Source: Haliotis rubra
Taxonomy: Eukaryota
Reading direction: 5' to 3'
DNA: 64,000 nucleotides
Assembly (NCBI RefSeq): GCF_003918875.1
Contig: NW_025767626.1
Coordinates: 124,001 to 188,000, forward strand
Of this stretch, positions 58,306 through 64,000 are shown one piece after another; positions within the stretch are counted from its first letter, which is position 1, and every line of letters begins with the position of its first letter. Both the position numbers and the translations under genes were made by a program. Below the pieces are notes generated by a model. It saw only the letters and a program-made list of their open reading frames with translations. It was not told where the DNA came from and did no database searches.

Positions 58306-58902
58306 CTACACATGCTAAACATCACACAGCAACTTTACATCTACATAGGGGGTGGTCTGGACCAGACAATCCTGTGATTGACATCATGAGCATCGATCCA
58401 CACAATTGTGATCTGATGACATGCATCAACTGGGTCAGCCAAGACAAACATGGGTTGTTGAATTCTAGCCATTTTAGCAGGGGAGTTAGTAGCAATCAAA
58501 CATCAGTGAGCAGGATTCAGTATTTTTTTTTATAATTTTATTGTTTTTAAAGATGTTTACAGTATTGTTTTCAGTATTGTTTCTCTTCCAGTTTGCCTCG
58601 GTACTTCACTTCTACTGCCTGTAGTTGCCATGAAGTAATGTGTGTCCGATGGCGTCTGCTTGGGTACAGCAGCACTTACATGAGTCACTTACACAAGTAT
58701 TCCTTTTGATTGTATCATGGAGCAATCTTAGCACTAAGACATGTGTCTATGTGAAAGAGTGGGAGCCACAATTATCACAGCATTAAGATTGTCTTAATGT
58801 TGCTGTTGAGATGTCAGTGGACATTGTCCACAGAACTTACACGCTACCTACACCTCAGGCAGCCAGTGGTGGACAAGTGCATATGTCACTGTAGTATCTG
58901 AC

Positions 58903-59079
58903 NNNNNNNNNNNNNNNNNNNNNNNNNNNNNNNNNNNNNNNNNNNNNNNNNNNNNNNNNNNNNNNNNNNNNNNNNNNNNNNNNNNNNNNNNNNNNNNNNN
59001 NNNNNNNNNNNNNNNNNNNNNNNNNNNNNNNNNNNNNNNNNNNNNNNNNNNNNNNNNNNNNNNNNNNNNNNNNNNNNNN
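58903..59079. other. Assembly gap (177 N)
   Basis: Run of n characters. Confidence 1.
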
Positions 59080-59307
59080 CATTTGGACTTCAGGATATAT
59101 GTCCCTTCTCCAAACTCCTGGATCCACCCCTGGACACATAGCACATAAACAGACCTGTCTAGGATACAGGGTCATCAGATGTATCTCATAATAGTCACCT
59201 ATTTTGATTGGAAGACAAATACAAAAACAAACAATCTGAACAGAAGCTGCGATAACTTTCACTCAATCATCTGTGACTGAAACAGTGTTGAATGTAACTG
59301 TCATACA

Positions 59308-59445
59308 TCAGTGAGCGTGGATGTCCCCAAGCCCAAGCGACTTCACCGCATCTTCCCGCATCTTGTACTTCCGCACCTTCCCCGTTACAGTCAGAGGGTA
59401 CTCCGTCACAAACTGGACATAGCGAGGAACCTTGAAGCGAGCCAG
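59308..59445 (-). CDS. ACSF2: Last coding exon of an acyl-CoA synthetase family member 2-like gene (AMP-binding C-terminal domain); upstream exons lie beyond the window end
   Basis: Acceptor tgtttcctccag| followed by LARFKVPRYVQFVTEYPLTVTGKVRKYKMREDAVKSLGLGDIHAH*. This matches the ACSF2-type C-terminus ([28 protein letters not shown]) including the A10 Px4GK motif. It is not in the supplied ORF track in this frame. Confidence 0.8.
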   Translation of the reverse strand: MARFKVPRYVQFVTEYPLTVTGKVRKYKMREDAVKSLGLGDIHAH

Positions 59446-59538
59446 CTGGAGGAAACACAGGACATCCTTTACACATGGCATAAACTGACAACATAATGAT
59501 ATGGTGCTGGTATATGGTGCACCTTAGCTGGAAGCTTG

Positions 59539-60937
59539 GTAGTAGGTGAGTAGTATGTCGTGAGTATTGCCAATATCTACTGGTATATTACATGGTAGTA
59601 GGTGAGTAGTATGTCGTGAGTATTGCCAATATCTACTGGTATATTACATGGTAGTAGGTGAGTAGTATGCCGTGAGTATTGCCAATATCTACTGGTATAT
59701 TACATGGTAGTAGGTGAGTAGTATGTTGTGAATATTGCCAATATCTACTGGTATATTACATGGTAGTAGGTGAGTAGTATGCCGTGAGTATTGCCAATAT
59801 CTACTGGTATATTACATGGTAGTAGGTGAGTAGTATGTTGTGAATATTGCCAATATCTACTGGTATATTACATGGTGTGGTGAGTATGCCGTGGTGCCAA
59901 TATCTAGTATATTACATGTAGTAGGTGAGTAGTATTGAGTATTGCCAATATCTACTGGTATATTACATGGTAGTAGGTGAGTAGTATGTAGTATGTGAGT
60001 ATTGCCAATATCTACTGGTATATTACATGGTAGTAGGTGAGTAGTATGTGAGTAGTATGTGAGTATTGCCAATATCTACTGGTATATTACATGGTAGTAG
60101 GTGAGTAGTATGTCGTGAGTATTGCCAATATCTACTGGTATATTACATGGTAGTAGGTGAGTAGTATGTCGTGAGTATTGCCAATATCTACTGGTATATT
60201 ACATGGTAGTAGGTGAGTAGTATGTCGTGAATATTGCCAATATCTACTGGTATATTACATGGTAGTAGGTGAGTAGTATGTCGTGAGTATTGCCAATATC
60301 TACTGGTATATTACATGGTAGTAGGTGAGTAGTATGTCGTGAATGTGAATATTGCCAATATCTACTGGTATATTACATGGTAGTAGGTGAGTAGTATGTG
60401 TGTATGCATGGTAGTAGGTGAGTAGTATGCCGTGAGTATTGCCAATATCTACTGGTATATTACATGGTAGTAGGTGAGTAGTATGTACTGGTATATTACG
60501 TGAGTATTGCCAATATCTACTGGTATATTACATGGTAGTAGGTGAGTAGTATGTACTGGTGTAGTGTGCCAATATCTACTGGTATATTACATGGTAGTAG
60601 GTGAGTGGTATGTCGTGAGTATTGCCAATATCTACTGGTATATTACATGGTAGTAGGTGAGAGTGGTATGCCGTGACTGGTATTGCCAATATCTACTGGT
60701 ATATTACATGGTAGTAGGTGAGTGCCAATATCTAGTATGTAGGTGTGTGTAGTATTGCCAATATCTACTGGTATATTACATGGTAGTAGGTGAGTAGTAT
60801 GTCGTGAGTATTGCCAATATCTACTGGTATATTACATGGTAGTAGGTGAGTAGTATGTCGTGAGTATTGCCAATATCTACTGGTATATTACATGGTAGTA
60901 GGTGAGTAGTATGTCGTGAGTATTGCCAATATCTACT
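59539..60937. repeat. 56-bp minisatellite (gtagtaggtgagtagtatgtcgtgagtattgccaatatctactggtatattacatg) in the last ACSF2 intron
   Basis: About 24 units starting ~95 bp from the acceptor. Confidence 0.96.
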
Positions 60938-61082
60938 TGCTGAATGAAGACCACATATTCTTCCATATCCTGACATCTCCACAACAACATTTATGATCAG
61001 TCTTGGAGTCAAAGTGTCAGTTCTTTTATTAAAGCAAGCAGGTAACTTGCATTCCTATTGGATGCAACACTTTAAGCATGGG

Positions 61083-64000
61083 CGATATACAGTAGCGATA
61101 TACAGTAGCGATATACAGAAGGGGTATACAGAAGGGGTATACAGAAGGGGTGTACAGAAGGGGTGTACAGATCACGATATACAAAAGGGATATACAGTAG
61201 TGATATACAGAAGGGATATATAAAGCAATATACAGAAGGGGTATACAGATCAATATACAGAAGGGATATACAGATAGTGTTATACAGAAGTTGTATACAG
61301 AAGGGGTATACAGAAGGGATGTATAGAAGCACGATATACATAAAAGGGGTATACAGATCACGATATACAGAAGGGGTATACAGAAGGGGTATACAGAAGG
61401 GATGTATAAAACAATATACAGAAGGGGTATACAGATCAAGTGATATACAGTAAGGGGTATACAGATGTATATACAGATGCAATATACAGAAGGGGTATAC
61501 AGAAGGGATGTATAAAAGCAATATACAGAAAGGGGTATACAGATGCAATATACAGAAGGGGGTATACAGAAGGGATGTACAGAAGGGGTATACAGATCAC
61601 AATATACAGAAGGGGTATACAGAAGGGATATAAAGCAATATACAGAAGGGGTATACAGAAGCAATATACAGAAGGGGTATACAGAAGGGATGTATAAAGC
61701 AATATACAGAAGGGGTATACAGAAGGGATGTATAAAGCAATATACAGAAGGGGTATACAGAAGGGATGTATAAAGCAATATACAGAAGGGGTATACAGAA
61801 GGGATGTATAAAGCAATATACAGAAGGGGTATACAGATGCAATATACAGAAGGGGTACACAGATCACGATATACAGATGCAATATACAGAAGGGGGTATA
61901 CAGAAGGGATGTATAAAGCAATATACAGAAGGGGTATACAGATGCAATATACAAGGGGTATACAGAAGGGATGTACAGAAGGGGGTATACAGATCACGAT
62001 ATACAGAAGGGGTATACAGAAGGGATGTATAAAGCAATATACAGAAGGGTATACAGAAGGGTATACAAGATGCAATATACAGAAGGGGGTATACAGAAGG
62101 GATGTATAAAGCAATATACAGAAGGGGGTATACAGATCACGATATACAGAAGGTGTGTACAGATCACGATATACAGATGCAATATACAGAAGGGGTATAC
62201 AGAAAGGATGTATAAAAGCAATATACAGAAGGGGTATACATGCAATATACAGAAGGTGTGTACAGATCACGATATACAGATGCAATATACAGAAAGGGGT
62301 ATACAGAAGGGATGTATAAAGCAATATACAGAAGGGGTATACAGATGCAATATACAGAAGGGGTATACAGAAGGGGTATACAGAATGGATATATAAAAGC
62401 AATATACAAAAGGGGTATACAGATGCAATATACAGAAGGGGTATACAGAAGGGGTATACAGAAGGGATGTATAAAAGCAATATACAGAAGGGGGTATACA
62501 GGGGTATACAGATCACGATATACAGTAGCTTGATATACAGAAGGGGTATACAGAAGGGATGTATAAAAGCAATATACAGAAGGGTGTATACAGAAGGGAT
62601 GTACAGAAGGGGTATACAGATCACAGATATACAGATACAATATACAGAAGGGGGGTATACAGAAGGGATGTATAAAACAATATACAGAAGGGGGTATACA
62701 GAAGGGATGTACAGAAGGGGTATACAGATCACGATATACAGATGCAATATACAGAAGGGGTATACAGATGCAATATACAGAAGGGGTATACAGAAGGGAT
62801 GTATAAAAGCAATATACAGAAGGGGTATACAGATGCAATATACAGAAGGGGTATACAGAAGGGATGTATAAAAGCAATATCAGAAGGGGTATACAGAAGG
62901 GATGTACAGAAGGGGTATACAGATCACGATATACAGATGCAATATACAGAAGGGGTATACAGAAGAGATGTATAAAGCAATATACAGAAGGGGGTATACA
63001 GAAGGGATGTACAGAAGGGGTATACAGATGCGATATACAGAAGATGCAATATACAGAAGGGGTATACAGAAGGGATGTATAAAGCAATATACAGAAGGGG
63101 TATACAGAAGGGGTATACAGAGCAGGATATACAGAAGCAATATACAGAAGGGGTATACAGATGCAATATACAGAAGGGGTATACAGAAGGGATGTATAAA
63201 GCAATATACAGAAGGGGTATACAGAAGGGATGTACAGAAGGGGTATACAGATCACGATATACAGAAGCAATATACAGAAGGGGTATACAGATGCAATATA
63301 CAGAAGGGGGTATACAGAAGGGATGTATAAAGCAATATACAGGAAGGGGTATACAGAAGGGATGTACATAAGGGGGTATACAGAAGGGGGTATAAAGATG
63401 CAATATACAGAAGGGGTATACAGAAGGGATGTATAAAGCAATATACAGAAGGGGTATACAGATGCAATATACAGAAGGTGTGTACAGATGCGATATACAG
63501 TAGCGATATACAGAAGGGGGTATACAGAAGGGATGTACAGAAAGCGATATACAAAGGGATATACAGAAGCGATATACAGAAGGGATATACAGAAAGCGAT
63601 ATACAGAAGGGATGTACAGAAGGGGTGTACAGAAAGGGATGTACAAGCGATATACAGAAGGGATGTATACAAAGCGATATACAGAAGGGATATACAGAAG
63701 CTGTGATATATAGAAGGGATGTACAGAAGGGGTGTACAGAAGGGGTGTACAGATGTGATATACAAAAGGGATATAGAGAAGCGATATACAGAAGGGATAT
63801 ACAGAAAGAAGGGATGTACAGAAGGGGGTGTACAGAAGGGATGTACACAAACTGATATACAGAAAGGGGTATACAGAAGGGGTGTACAGATCACGATATA
63901 CAAAAGGGATATACAGAAGCGATGTACAGAGAGGGATATCTAGAAAGGGATGTACAGAAGGGATGTACAGGAAGCTTGATATACAGAAGGGATTTACAGA
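61083..64000. repeat. Compound low-complexity satellite built from ~13-14-bp modules (tatacagaagggg, gcaatatacaga, gatcacgat)
   Basis: Seen directly; runs to the window end. Confidence 0.96.

Noticed and set aside
61029-63943. Numerous Tyr/Ile/Pro-rich ORFs
   Set aside because: Low-complexity satellite within the ACSF2 intron.

Overview
Repeat-rich invertebrate (probably mollusc; abalone-like SINE families, inferred) nuclear DNA. It holds four spliced protein-coding genes: WBP4 (minus strand, 7 coding exons visible, running off the left edge), a complete ~800-aa MBTD1 (plus strand, 22 coding exons, divergent from WBP4), a complete SUMO2/3-type gene (minus strand, 4 exons) and the last exon of an ACSF2-like acyl-CoA synthetase (minus strand). 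Mobile DNA comprises two related DIRS tyrosine-recombinase retrotransposons (one with both ITRs and the ICR but no RT), several tRNA-derived SINEs with target-site duplications, two hAT-type MITEs, a Kolobok-like TTAA element and other MITEs. Almost all long ORFs in the supplied track are artefacts of tandem repeats. The most striking pattern is that many introns of WBP4 and MBTD1 contain their own minisatellite (21-60 bp unit). These arrays often start at the exon boundary and the unit is frequently a copy of that boundary's donor, acceptor or branch-point region, giving long runs of decoy splice sites. The SUMO introns have no such arrays. Several segments look like assembly-consensus chimeras.
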